Below are positions 39,033 to 55,000 of a stretch of 64,000 nucleotides of DNA, piece after piece (the stretch's first letter is position 1; the number at the start of each line of letters is the position of its first letter). The stretch is from Eledone cirrhosa. Its lineage: Eukaryota. The position numbers were made by a program, and so were the translations under genes. The notes under the pieces are model-generated. The model searched no databases, was not told where the DNA came from, and saw nothing but the letters and a program-made list of their open reading frames with translations. The stretch lies in contig OZ024741.1 of assembly GCA_964016885.1 (NCBI GenBank), positions 33,170,001 to 33,234,000 of the forward strand. Direction: 5' to 3'.

Positions 39033-39409
39033 ACTTTGGTAATGTACTCCTCGATAACCCCTTAGAACTGTATAGGTGTAGGTAGAATGTCTTTACTCAT
39101 AGATTTGATCAATGCAGTTTGATCTGGAGCTAAACAAAAGCTATTCCAGTTGAAAAGAAGAACAGTTACAACTATCTGCGTGCAGTAAACTACGATTGAA
39201 TGTTGATTTGCAACCATTAAAACACTGAGTATTTAAGTGTTGCTTGGTAGCACATGAGAAATATTGCGTTATCATGTTGGCTAAGGTACATGTCACCTTC
39301 AGGAGAGAAGAATGTATTAGGTCCCAGTTTGTCTTCCTTAAATGACCGCCATACTTTTATATGTAAGTTGTAAATAAATAGGTGAATGTTTTTGTACCTC
39401 CCTTTTCTT

Positions 39410-39411
39410 CC

Positions 39412-39442
<31 letters not shown>

Positions 39443-39705
39443 CTTCTTCTTCTTCTTCTTCTTCTTCTTCTTCTTCTTCTTCTTGCCGTGGGAGAAGAGT
39501 CCTCAACCACTCCTTCCAGTGGGTCCTGCCAGAAGCAAGCCTCTCCAACTTATCCTGGTGGAACCCCAAACGTGACCAGTGGAGCTCATGGATGTTATCC
39601 AGCCATCTTGCTCGGAGTCTACCCCTGGGTCTCCTGCCAACTGGTTATTCCCATAAAATATGTCCAGTGATTCTTTCCTGGGACATTCTAACCCCATCCC
39701 CATAG
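39410..39705 (-). mobile_element. RTE 3' fragment ending in (GAA)n
   Basis: GRRPRGRLRARWLDNI..LASGRTHWKEWLRTLLPRQ followed by (GAA)n. Confidence 0.7.
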
Positions 39706-39912
39706 TATCGGAGCTAACACTAGTCTTAAAGCAAAAAGGGACACGCTAGATAATGTAGTCCTGGAAACACTGAATAAATTGTGATCTGGCTTGAACAGAC
39801 TTAAGACTATAGACTTAAGCCAAGAATTAAACATGATCGTAGAAAACTGGAAACTTCTTAAATACTTTAAAGATTTTCATTATGTGCTTTTAACATAGAC
39901 TAAAATTACTGG

Positions 39913-40403
39913 TGGATTGGCAGTATCGGTAGAGGGTCGGACGCCATGCTTTGACGCATGAAGTTACGGTCCTTGCCATTCTGAGTTCAAATCCCGCCAA
40001 GGTTAACTTTGCCTTTTATCCTTACGGGGTCAATAAAATAAACTACCAGTAATGTACTGGGTAATTGCTGGTCTTGTGCCAAAAGTAGAAACAATTATAA
40101 AGAAGAACCAAAGAAACAGGCATATCTTAACATATCATTTAAACATGTTAAGAAAAAGTATTTATTTCGCAGGCTCAGAAATACAACACAGAACAATGAC
40201 TTCTAGTATAGCCACAAGGCCAGTAATATGGGGGGAGAGGAAAGTCGATTAAATCGACCCCAGTACGTTACTAGTGCTTTATTTTATCGACCCTGTAAGG
40301 AGGAAAGGCAAAGTTAACCTCAGCGGGATTTGAACTCAGACCGTAAAGGCCCGTAACTCTATGCTGCAAAGCATGGTGTCCGACTCTCTATCGATACTGC
40401 CAG
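39913..40403. mobile_element. Two convergent copies of the major tRNA-SINE (39913-40097 +, ~40195-40403 -)
   Basis: A box tggcagtatcgg, B box gagttcaaatcc, and the shared body. Confidence 0.8.
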
Positions 40404-40445
40404 TATGATGCACATAAATGAATTAGAACTGTGAAAATAACAGAA

Positions 40446-40806
40446 TACTATTGTGTCCCAAATAATATGGGTGGGGGGTAACCGGGGGTTGGAATAAATG
40501 GTTGGCTGGAATATGCGGTAATTTTTCTACGTTTTTGTTTTAAAAACCAGAATTAGCTGTTTAGTTTACATATTGAGACCCTCAAACCATCGTATTTATT
40601 TTATAACCTATTAGATTTCTAATAATGTACTTTTTTGTGATGTATAATGTTTTTTAATATATAAAGAAAATTAATTGTCGCAGGAATGCCACCACTTAAA
40701 ATAAAACGTCGGCAGAGATAGATTAGAAAACTTTAATAAGCGGGGGTGTGGGGAAATTGGAAAAGTTAATAGGCGGAGTTGGGGCATTATTCGAGACCAG
40801 AGAGTA
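40446..40806. mobile_element. Candidate MITE with imperfect TIRs and TA ends
   Basis: tactattgtgtcccaaataat versus the reverse complement of the right end tactctctggtctcgaataat (15/21 match). Confidence 0.4.
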
Positions 40807-41134
40807 CCTCAATCATAATAAAACCAATGGAACATCATAATGGTAACCACAGATTGATAAGGAAAACAAAGAATTTAGGTGTGAAACTCCACCTAGTCAA
40901 TAAAGAGCAGGTGTTGGGTGAAATGGAGCTACGGGTAGGATTCGGTCAACGTCCGTAGTTTGCTGACCCTTGAAATGCATAGGTAAAAGTACAGGCAGAC
41001 AGACAGGTACACAGATAGACAGGTACACAGACAGACAGGTACACAGACAGTTTGTCTTCCTTAAATGACCGCCATACTTTTATATGTAAGTCGTAAATAA
41101 ATAGGTGAATGTTTTTGTACCTCCCTTTTCTTCC

Positions 41135-41165
<31 letters not shown>

Positions 41166-41441
41166 CTTCTTCTTCTTCTTCTTCTTCTTCTTCTTCTTCG
41201 GAAAGAAAGACATAGAAAAAGTTAAAGAAAACTCGTTTGATTGATCTACTCAGAAATAAACACAGCCTGCACACATCTAACAGCACCACACCCATGCACA
41301 TTGAAACACGCGTGCACATACATACAAACATACACACAAATACACACAAATAGACTTGCACTAACAAAATATGACATTACACCACTGATTCTCTCGTCAA
41401 TGAAAACGACAGCAGAACATCTTACTATATGTGTGTGTGTC

Positions 41442-41543
<102 letters not shown>

Positions 41544-41584
41544 AGGTGCTGTTAGATGTGTGCAGGTTGTGTTTATTTAGGGGT

Positions 41585-41766
41585 GTAACCACAGTTGAAG
41601 AAGCTACTCAATACGTTGGTAAAATATAGGAATCTCTGTTATATATAGAAATGACTTCTACAAGAGTAGAACTGTTTCATTCGTATGAAATCACCAGGAA
41701 TGATGATTTCAACTAATGAAATAGTTCTAGTCCTGTAGAAGTCATTACTATATATAATAAAGATAT
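41585..41766. mobile_element. Diverged copy of fold-back hammerhead family 1
   Basis: Inverted arms with gaaa(c/t)agttcta..tgtagaag and cores CTGGTGA (-) and ATGATGA (+). Leader aaccacag..tactcaatac as at 5915-5941. Confidence 0.65.
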
Positions 41767-42045
41767 ATGTATGTGTTTGTCTGTATGCATGTAGATATAT
41801 ATATGTAGATATATATATATGCATGTAGATATATATATAGATAGATAGATAGATGGATGGATGGATGGATGGATAGATAGATACATACATACATACATAA
41901 ATATACGCATATATATATATACATGTATATTTATACTTTATCTATAAGCATATATTTGTATGTGAGTATGGTGTATATATATATATATATATTTGTATGT
42001 GAGTATGGTATATATATATATATGTGTGTGTGTATGTATACATCT

Positions 42046-42092
<47 letters not shown>

Positions 42093-43089
42093 CATACATC
42101 CCTACCTACATACATACACGTTCAAAAGACAAAAGCTCATCCAATATACCCATTAATATGTTTGATAGTGAAAAACTGTGACACCCAACACCGAATAGCA
42201 TGTATTGTTAAGAAAGAACCAGGAAGAAGAGACAGGATCAACTCTTAATGCTTAATCTACTGGAAACATAGTTGTCAGAACTTCAGCTATATAAACGATC
42301 ACCCGACGGACGTCTGTCAAAATGAGGCTATATAAACGATCACCCGGTTATATAAACTATTGTCCAGCAAATTTCTGTCTTATTTGAACGTGCTTTGTTA
42401 CCACAGCACCGCTTGATGTTGTCTTGCGTGTTATGTCATGATATGAGTTTGCATGCAAAGTATAAACGGTGTGTGTGGGGGGGGGGGGGGTCTGTGCGTA
42501 TGAATGTGTGTATGTGTGAGTTTGTGTGTGTTGGTGCATGCGTGTCGGTCTGTGTGTTCTCTCTTGTCCGCGTAAGGGCATGTGATTATGAGGAAAGAAA
42601 GAGAGAGAAATAAAGAGAGTGGGTGAATTTCTCTCTCTGTTTCTTTCTCTTTCTCTGCTTTACTCTCTCTGTCTTTCTTTCTCTCTCCTTGTCTTTCTTT
42701 GTCATCGTCTTTCTCTCTCTCACACGCACTTTCTCTCTTTCTCTGCGTGTGTGTGTGTATTGTGTATCTGTATGGTGTATGTGTATGTATATGTATGTGT
42801 ATGTGCACTCGTGTGTGAAAGTGTGTGGAGGTGCTATCATTTAAGAGTACATGCAATAAAATGTCAACACCACCACTGCTATCACCACTACAAACACCAA
42901 CAACTAGTATAGACTATAGATGACACCACTACCATTACCACTACTATCAATGACACTACCATCATCGTCATCGCTACTAGCAACCCCAAATACCGCCAAC
43001 ACTTTTGAACTAACAACATCACTACCACCAATAACACTCCTACCTACATTACCACAACTAACAACACAACTACTACCAAAACCACTAAC

Positions 43090-46000
43090 ACTAACACAGA
43101 CACCACCATCATTACCAGCAACACAACCACCACTAGGACCACCACCAGTAACACAACAACACTATTAAGACCACTACCAGTAACACAACCACCACTAAGA
43201 CCACCACCAGTAACACGACACCACTATTAAGACCACTACCAGTAACACAACCACCATTATTAAGACCACTACCAGTAACATAACCACCACGATTAAGACC
43301 ACTACCAGTAACACAACAACCACTAACACCACCACCAGTAACACGACATCACTATTCAGACCACTACCAGTAACACAACCACCACTATTAAGGCCACTAA
43401 CAATAACACAACCACCACTAAGACCACAACCAGTAACACGACACCATTATTAAGACCACTACCAGTAACACATCCACCACTAAGACAAGCACCAGTAACA
43501 CAACCAACACTAAGACCACTACCAGTAAAACAACCACCACTAAGACCACCACCCGTAACACGACACCACTATTAAGACCACTACCAGTTACACAACCACC
43601 ACAAAGACCACCACCTTTAACACGTCACCATTATTAAGACCACTACCAGTAACACAACCACTACAAAGACCACCACCAGTAAAACAACCACCACTAAGTC
43701 CACCACCAGTAACACAACCACCACTATTAAGACAGCCACCAGTAACACAACCACCACTAAGACCACCACCAGTAACACGACACCACTATTAATACCACTA
43801 CCAGCAACACAACCACCACTGAGAACACCACCAGTAACACAACCACCACTATTAAGACCACCACCAGTAACACAACCACCACTATTAAGACCATAACCAG
43901 CAACACAACCGCCACTATTAAGACCACCACCAGTAACAGAACCACCACTATTAAGACCACCACCAGTACCACAACCACCACCAGCAACACAACCGCCACT
44001 ATTAAGACCACCACCAGTAACACAACCACCACTATTAAGGCCACTACCAGCAACACAAACACGACGATTAAGACCACTACCAGCAACACAACCACCACGA
44101 TTAAGACCACTACCAGTAACACAACCACCACTATTAAGACCACTAGCAGTAACACAATCACCACGATTAAGACCACCACCAGTAAGACAGGCACCACGAT
44201 TAAGACCACTACCAGCAACACAACCACCACTATTAAGACCACTACCAGTAATACAACCAGCACGATTAAGACCACCACCAGTAACAGAACCACCACTATT
44301 AAGACCACCACCAGTACCACAACCACCACCAGCAACACAACCGCCACTATTAAGACCACCACCAGTAACACAACCACCACTATTAAGGCCACTACCAGCA
44401 ACACAAACACGACGATTAAGACCACTACCAGCAACACAACCACCACGATTAAGACCACTACCAGTAACACAACCACCACTATTAAGACCACTAGCAGTAA
44501 CACAACCACCACGATTAAGACCACCACCAGTAAGACAGGCACCACGATTAAGACCACTACCAGCAACACAACCACCACTATTAAGACCACTACCAGTAAT
44601 AGAACCAGCACGATTAAGACCACCACCAGTAACACAACCACCACAATTAAGACCAGTACCAGTAACACAACCAGCACGATTAAGACCACCACCAGTAACA
44701 CAACCACCATGATTAAGACCACTACCAGCAACACAAACACCACGATTAAGACCACTACCAGCAACACAACCGCCACTATTAAGACCACTACAAGTAACAC
44801 AACCACCACTATTAAGACCATCACCAGTAACACAACCACCACTATTAAGACCACTAACAGTATCACAACCACCACTATTAAGACCACTTCCAGTAACCCA
44901 ACCACCACTATTAAGACCACTACCAGCAACACAACCACCACTATTAAGACCACTACCAGTAACACAACCACCTACGATTAAGACCACTACCAGTAACACA
45001 ACCACCACTATTAAGACCACTAACAGCAACACACCCACCACTAAGACCACGACCAGTAACACAACCACCACTATTAAGGCCACTATCAGCAACACACCCA
45101 CCACTATTAAGACCACTACCAGTAACACAACCACCAATATTAAGACCACTACCAGTAACACAACCACAACTAAGACCACCACCAGTAACACAACCACCAC
45201 TAAGACCACCACCAGTAACACAACTACCACTATTAAGACCACCACCAGTAACACAACCACCACTAAGACCACCACCAGTAACACGACACCACTATTAAGA
45301 CAACTACGAGTAACACAAGCACCACTATTAAAACCACTACCAGCAATACAACCACCACTATTAAGACCACCACCAGTAACACAACCACCACGATTAAGAC
45401 GACCACCCGTAACACAACCACCAATAAGACCACCACCAGTAACACGACACCACTATTAAGACCATTACCAGTAATACAACCACCACTATTAAGACCAAAA
45501 CCAGTAACACAAACACCACTACTAAGACCACCACCAGCAATAAAACCACCATTATTAAGACCACTACCAGTAACACATCCGCCAATATTAAGATCACTAC
45601 CAGTAACACAACCACCACGATTAAGACCACTAGCAGTACACAACCACCACGATTAAGACTTCCACCAGTAACACAACCACCACGATTAAGACCACTACCT
45701 GCAACACAAACACCACGATTAAGACCACTACCAGTAACACAACCACCACGATTAAGACCACTACCAGTAACACAACCACCACTATTAAGATCACTACCAG
45801 TAACACAACCACCACGATTAAGACCACTACCAGTAACACAACCACCACTATTAAGACCACTACCAGCAACACAAACACGACGATTAAGACCACTACCAGC
45901 AACACAACTACCACTATTAAGACCACTACCAGGAACACAACCACCACTATTAAGACCACTACCAGTAATACAACCACAACAATTAAGAACACTACCAGTA

Positions 46001-49000
46001 ACACAACCAGCATGATTAAGACCAACACCAGTAACACAACCACCACGATTAAGACCACTACCAGCAACACAAACACCACTATTAAGACCACTACCAGCAA
46101 CACAACCACCACTATTAAGACCACTACAAGTAACACAACCAACACTATTAAGACCATCACCAGTAACACAACCACCACTATTAAGACCACTACCAGCAAC
46201 ACAACCACCACTATTAAGACCACTACAAGTAACACAACCACCACGATTAAGACCACTACCAGTAACACAACCACCACTATTAAGACCACTACCAGCAACA
46301 CAACCACCACTAAGACCACCACCAGTAACACAACCACCACTATTAAGACCACTACCAGCAACACAACCACCACTATTAAGACCACTACCAGTAACACAAC
46401 CACCACTATTAAGACCAGTACCAGTAACACAACCACCACTAAGACCACCACCAGTAACACAACGACCACTAAGACCACCACCAGTAACACAACGACCACT
46501 ATTAAGACCGCCACCAGTAATACAACCACCACTAAGACCACCACCAGTAACTGGACACCACTATTAAGACAACTACGAGTAACACAAGCACCACTATTAA
46601 GACCACTACCATCAATACAACCACCACTATTAAGACCACCACCAGTAACACTACCACCACGATTAAGACCACCACCAGTAACACAACCACCAATAAGACC
46701 ACCACCAGTAACACGACACCACTATTAACACCATTACCAGTAACACAACAACCACTACTAAGACCAAAACCAGTAACACAACCACCACTACTAACACCAC
46801 AACCAGCAATAAAACCACCACGATTAAGACCTCCACCAGTAACACAACCACCACAATTAAGACCACTACCTGCAACACAAACACCACGATTAAGACCACT
46901 ACCAGTAACACAACCACCACGATTAAGACCACTACCAGTAACACAGCCACCACTATTAAGACCACTACCACTAACACAACCACCACGATTAAGACCACTA
47001 CCAGTAACAAAACCATCACTATTAAGACCACTACCAGCAACACAACCACCACTAAGACCACCACCAGTAACAACACCACCTCTATTAAGACCACCACCAG
47101 CAACACAACCACCACGATTAAGACCACCACCGGTAACACAACCACCACTAAGACCACCACCAGTAACACGACACCACTATTAAGACCGCCACCAGTAACA
47201 CAACCACCACTATTAAGACCACCACCAGCAATACAACCACCACTATTCAGACCACTACCAGCAACACAACCACCACTATTAAGACCACCACTATTAAGAT
47301 CACTACCAGCAACACAACCACCACTATTAAGACCATTACCAGTAATACAACCGCCACTATTAAGACCATTACCAGTAACACAACCACCAAGATTAAGACC
47401 ACCACCAGTAACACAACCACCACTATTAAGACCACTACCAGCAACACAACCACCACGATTAAGACCACTACCAGTAACACAACCACGACTATTAAGACCA
47501 CTACCAGTAACACAACCACCACCATTAAGACCACTACCAGTAACACAACCACCACTATTAAGACCACTACCAGCAACACAACCACCACTATTAAGACCAC
47601 CACCAGTAACACAACCACCACGATTAAGACCACCACCAGTAACACAACCATCACTAAGACCACCACCAGTAACACAACCACCACTATTAAGATCACTACC
47701 AGTATCACAACCACCACTATTAAGACCACTTCCAGTAACCTAACCACCACTATTAAGACCACTACCAACTACACAACCAACACTATTAAGACCACCACCA
47801 GTAACACAACCACCAATAAGACCACCACCAGTAACACGACACCACTATTAACACCATTACCAGTAACACAACCACCACTACTAAGACCAAAACCAGTAAC
47901 ACAACCACCACTACTAACACCACAACCAGCAATAAAACCACCACTATTAAGACCACTACCAGTAACACAACCGCCAGTATTAAGACCACTAGCAGTACAC
48001 AACCACCAAGATTAAGACCTCCACCAGTAACACAACCACCACGATTAAGACCACTACCTGCAACACAAACCCCACGATTAAGACCACTACCAGTAACACA
48101 ACCACCAGGATTAAGACCAGTACCAGTAACACAATCACCACTATTAAAACCACTACCAGTAGCACAACCACCACGATTAAGACCACTACCAGTAACACAA
48201 CCACCACTATTAAGACCACTACCAGCAACACAAATACGACGATTAAGACCACTACCAGCAACACAACCACCACTATTAAGACCACTACCAGTAACACAAC
48301 CACCACGATTAAGACCACTACCAGTAACACAACCACCACTATTAAGACCACTAGCGGTAACACAACCACCACGATTAAGACCACCACCAGTAACACAGGC
48401 TCCACGATTAAGACCACTACCAGCAACACAACCACCACTATTAAGACCACTACCAGTAATACAACCACCACAATTAAGACCACTACCAGTAACACAACCA
48501 GCACGATTAAGACCACCACCAGTAACACAACCACCGCGATTAAGACCACTACCAGCAACACAAACAGCACGATTAAGACCACTACCAGCAACACAACCAC
48601 CACTATTAAGACCACAAAAAGTAACACAACCACCACTATTAAGACCATCACCAGTAACACAACCACCACTATTAAGACCACTACCAGTATCACAACCACC
48701 ACTATTAAGACCAGTTCCAGTAACACAACCACCACTAAGACCACCACCAGTAACACAACCACCACTATTAAGACCACTACCAGCAACACAACCACCAATA
48801 TTAAGACTACTACCAGTAACACAACCACCACTAAGACCACCACCAGTAACACATCCACCACTAAGACCACCACCAGTAACACAACTACCACTATTAAGAC
48901 CGCCACCAGTAACACAACCACCACTAAGACCACCACCACTAACACGACACCACTATTAAGACCATTACCAGTAACACAACCACCACTATTAAGACCAAAA

Positions 49001-52000
49001 CCAATAACACAACCACCACTACTAAGACCACCACCAGCAATAAAACCACCACTATTAAGACCACTACCAGTAACACAACCGCCAATATTAACACCACTAC
49101 CAGTAACACAACCACCACGATTAAGACCTCCACCAGTAACACAACCACCACAATTAAGACCACTACCTGCAACACAAACACCACGATTAAGACCACTACC
49201 AGTAACACAACCACCACGATTAAGACCACTACCAGTAACACAACCACCACTATTAAGACCACTACCACTAACACAACCACCACGATTAAGACCACTACCA
49301 GTAACAAAACCACCACTATTAAGACAACTACCAGCAACACAACCACCACTAAGACCACCACCAGTAACAACACCACCTCGATTAAGACCACCACCAGCAA
49401 CACAACCACCACGATTAAGACCACCACCGGTAACACAACCACCACTAAGACCACCACCAGTAACACGACACCACTATTAAGACCGCCACCAGTAACACAA
49501 CCACCACTATTAAGACCACCACCAGCAATACAACCACCACTATTCAGACCACTACCAGCAACACAACCACCACTATTAAGACCACCACCAGTAACACAAC
49601 CACCACTATTAAGACCACTACCAGTAACACAACCACCACCATTAAGACCACCACCAGTAACACAACCACCACTATTAAGATCACTACCAGCAACACAACC
49701 ACCACTATTAAGACCATTACCAGTAATACAACCGCCACTATTAAGACCATTACCAGTAACACAACCACCAAGATTAAGACCACCACCAGTAACACAACCA
49801 CCACTATTAAGACCACTACCAGCAACACAACCACCACGATTAAGACCACTACCAGTAACACAACCACGACTATTAAGACCACTACCAGTAACACAACCAC
49901 CACCATTAAGACCACTACCAGTAACACAACCACCACTATTAAGACCACTACCAGCAACACAACCACCACTCTTAAGACCACCACCAGTAACACAACCACC
50001 ACGATTAAGACCACCACCAGTAACACAACCATCACTAAGACCACCACCAGTAACACAACCACCACTATTAAGATCACTACCAGTATCACAACCACCACTA
50101 TTAAGACCACTTCCAGTAACCTAACCACCACTATTAAGACCACTACCAACTACACGACCAACACTATTAAGACCACTACCAGTAACAGAACCACCACTAT
50201 TAAGACCATTACCAGTAATAAACCACCACGATTAAGACCACTACCAGTAACAAAACCACCACTATTAAGACCACTACCAGCAACACGACCACCACTATTA
50301 AGACCACGACCAGCAACACAACCACCACTAAGACCACCACCAGTAACGCAACCACCACTACTAAGACCACCACCAATACAACCACCACTATTAAGACCGC
50401 TACCAGTAACACAACCACCACTATTAAGACCACTACAAGCAACACAAACACCACTAAGACCACCACCAGTAACACAACCAACACTAAGACCACCACCAGT
50501 AACACAACCACCACGATTAAGACTACCACCAGTAACACAACCACCACGATTAAGACCAATACCAGCAACACAACCACCACTATTAAGACCACTACCAGTA
50601 ACACAGCCACCACTATTAAGACCACCACCAGTAACACAACCACCACTATCAAGACCACCACCAGTAACACAGCCACCACTATCAAGACCACCACCAGTAA
50701 CACAGCCACCACTATTAAGACCACTACCAGCAACACAACCACCACTATTAAGACCACTACCAGTAACACAACCACCACTATTAAGACCACCACCAGCAAC
50801 CCAACCACCACTATTAAACCACTACCAGTAACACAACCACCACTATTAAGACCACTACCAGCAACACAACCACCACTATTAAGACCACTACCAGCAAAAC
50901 AACCACCACTATTAAGACCACTACCAGTAACACAATCAGCACTATTAAGACCACCACCAGCAACCCAACCACCACTATTAAGACCACTACCAGCAACACA
51001 ATCACCACTATTAAGACCACTACCAGTAACACAACCACCACTATTAAGACCACTACCAGCAACACAACCACCACTATTAAGACCACTGCCAGCAACACAA
51101 CCACCACTATTAAGGCCAATACCAGTAACAAAACCACCACTATTAAGACCACTACCAGTAACACAACCACCACGATTAAGACCACTACCAGCAAAACAAC
51201 CACCACTATTAAGACCACTACAAGTAACACAACCACAAATATTAAGACCACTACCAGCAACACCACCACCAGTATTAAGACCACTACCAGTAACACAAGC
51301 ACCACTATTAAGACCACCACCAGTAACACAACCACCACTATTAAGACCACTACCAGTAAAACAACCACCACTATTAAGACCACTACAAGTAACACAAACA
51401 CCACTATTAAGACCACCACCAGTAACACAACCACCACTATTAAGACCACCACCAGTAACACAACCACCACTATTAAGACCACTACCAGTAACACAACCAG
51501 CACTATTAAGACCACTACCAGTAACACCACCACCATTAAAACCACCACCAGTAACACAACCACCACGATTAAGACCACCACCAGTAACATAACCACTACT
51601 ATTACGACCACTACCAGTAACACAACCACCACTATTAAGACGACTACCAGCAGCACAATCACCACTATTAAGACCACTACCAGCAACACAACCACCACTA
51701 TTAAAACCACTACCAGTAACACAGCCACCACGATTAAGACCACTACCAGCAACACAACCACCACTATTAAGACCACTACCAGCAACACAACCACCAGCAC
51801 TAAGAGCACCACCAGTAACACAACCACCACTATTAAGACCACTACCAGTAACACAGCCACCACTATTAAGACCACTACCAGAAACACAACCACCACCATT
51901 AAGACCACTACCAGTAACACAACCACCACCAAGACCACCTTCAGTAACGCAACCACCACTATTAAGACCACTACCAGTAACACAACCACCACGATTAAGA

Positions 52001-55000
52001 CGACTACCAGTGACACAACCACCACTTAGACCACCACAAGTAACATAACCACCACCATTAAGACCACCACCAGTAAGGCAACCACCACGTTTAAGACCAC
52101 TACCAGTAACACAACCACCACTAAGACCACCACCAGTAACACAACCACCACTATTAAGACCACAACCATTAACACAACCATCACTGTTAAGACCACCACC
52201 AGTAACACAACCACCACTATTAAGTGCACTGCCAGTAACACAACCACCACTATTAAGACCACTACCAATGACACATTAATCACTAAGACCACCACCAGTA
52301 ACACAACCACCACTATTAAGACCACTACCAGTAACACAACCACCACGATTAAGACAACTACCAGTAACACAACCACCACTAAGACCACCACCAGTAACAC
52401 AACCACCACTATTAAGACCACCACCAGTAACACAACCACCACTATTAAGACCAACACCAGTAACACAACCACCACTATTAAGACCACCCCCAGTAACACA
52501 ACCACCACTATTAAGACCACTACCATTAACACAACCACCACTATTAAGACCACTACCAGTAACACAACCACTACTAAGACCACCACCAATAACACAACCA
52601 CCACTATTCAGACCACTACCAGTAACACAACCACCACGATTAAGACCACTATCAGTAACACAACCACCACTATTAAGACCACTACCAGTAACACAACCAC
52701 CACGATTAAGTCCACTAACAGTAACTCAACCACCACGATTAAGACCACCACTGGTAACACAACCACCTTGATTAAGACCACCACCAGTAACACAACCACC
52801 ACTATTAAGACCACCACCATTAACACGACACCACTATTAAGACCACTACCAGCAACACAACCACCACTATTAAGACCACTACCAGTAACACAACCACCAC
52901 TATTAAGACCACTACCAGTAACACAACCACCACGATTAAGACAACTACCAGTAACACAACCACCACTAAGACCACCACCAGTAAAACACACACCACTATT
53001 AAGACCACTACCAGTAACACAACCACGACTAAGACCACCACCAGTCACACGACCAACACTATTAAGACCACTACCAGTAACACAACCACAACGATTAAGA
53101 CCACTACCAGTAACACAACCACCACTAAGACCAACACCAGTAACACAACCACCACTATTAAGACCACTACCAGTAACACAACCACCACTATTAAGACCAC
53201 TACCAGTAAACACAACCACCACTAAGACAACAACCAGTAACACAACCACCACTATTAAGACCACTACCAGTAACACAACCACCACTAAGACCACCACCAG
53301 TAACAGAACCACCACGACGAAGACTACTACCAGTAACACAACGACCACGATTAAGACCACTACCAGTAACACAACCACCACGATTAAGACCATTACCAGT
53401 AACACAACCACCACTATTAAGACCACTACCAGTAACACAACCACCACTATTAAGACCATCACCAGTAACACAACCACCGCGATTAAGACCACTACCAGTA
53501 ACACTACCACCACTATGAAGACCACTACCAGTAACACAACCACCACTATTAAGACCACTACCAGTAACCGAACCACTACGATTAAGACCACTACCAGTAA
53601 CACAACCACCATAATTAAGACCACTACCAGTAACAAAACCACCACTATTAAGACCAATACCAGTAACACAACCACCACTATTAAGACCACTACCAGTAAC
53701 ACAACCACCACAATTAAGACCATCACCAGTAACACAGCCACCACGATTAAGACCACTACCCGTAACACGAACACCGCTAAGGCCACCACCAGTAACATAA
53801 CCACCACTATTAAGACCACTACCAGTAACACAACCGCCACGATTAAGACCACTACCAGTAACACAACCACCACTATTAAGACTACTACCAGCAACACGAT
53901 CACCACTATTAAGACCACTACCAGCAACACAACCACCACTAAAACCACCACCAGTAACATAACCACCACTATTAAGACCACTACCAGTAACACAACCGCC
54001 ACGATTAAGACCACTACCAGTAACACAACCACCACTATTAAGATTACTACCAGCAACACAATCACCACGATTAAGACCACTACCAGTAACACAACCACCA
54101 CTAAGACCACTACCAGTAACACAACCACCACCATTATGAGCACTACCATCAACACAACCAGCACTAAGACCACTACCAATAACACAACCACCACGATTAA
54201 GACCTCTACCACTAACACAATCACCACTATTAAGACCACTACCAGTAACATAACCACCACGATTAAGACCACTACCACTAACACAATCACCACTATTAAG
54301 ACCACTACCATTAACATAAGCACCACGATTAAGACCACTACCACTAACACAATCACCACTATTAAGACCACTACCAGTAACACAACCACCACGATTGAGA
54401 CCACTACCAGTAACACAACCACCACTAAGGCCACCACCAGTAACACAACCACCACTATTAAGACCCCTACCAGTAACACAACCACCACAATTAAGACCAC
54501 CACCAGCAACACAACCACCACGATTAAGATCACTACCAGCAACACAAATACCACTATTAAGACCACTACCAGTAACACAACCATTATTAAGACAACTACC
54601 AGTAACACAACCACCACTATTAAGACCACTACCAGTAACACAACCACCATCATTAAGACCACCACCAGTAACACAACCATCACTATTAAGACCACTACCA
54701 GTAACACAACCACCACTATTAAGAGCACTACCAGTAACACCACTACCACTAAGACCACCACCAGTAACACAACCACCACTATTAAGACCACTACCAGTAA
54801 CACAACTACCACTAAGACCACTACCAGTAACACAACCACCACTATTAAGACCACTAGCAGTAACCAAACCACCACAATTAAAACCAACAGCAGTAACACA
54901 ACCACCACGATTAAGACCACTACCCGTAACACAACCACCGCTAAGACCACCACCAGTAACACAACCACCACTATGACCACCACGAGTAACACAACCACCA

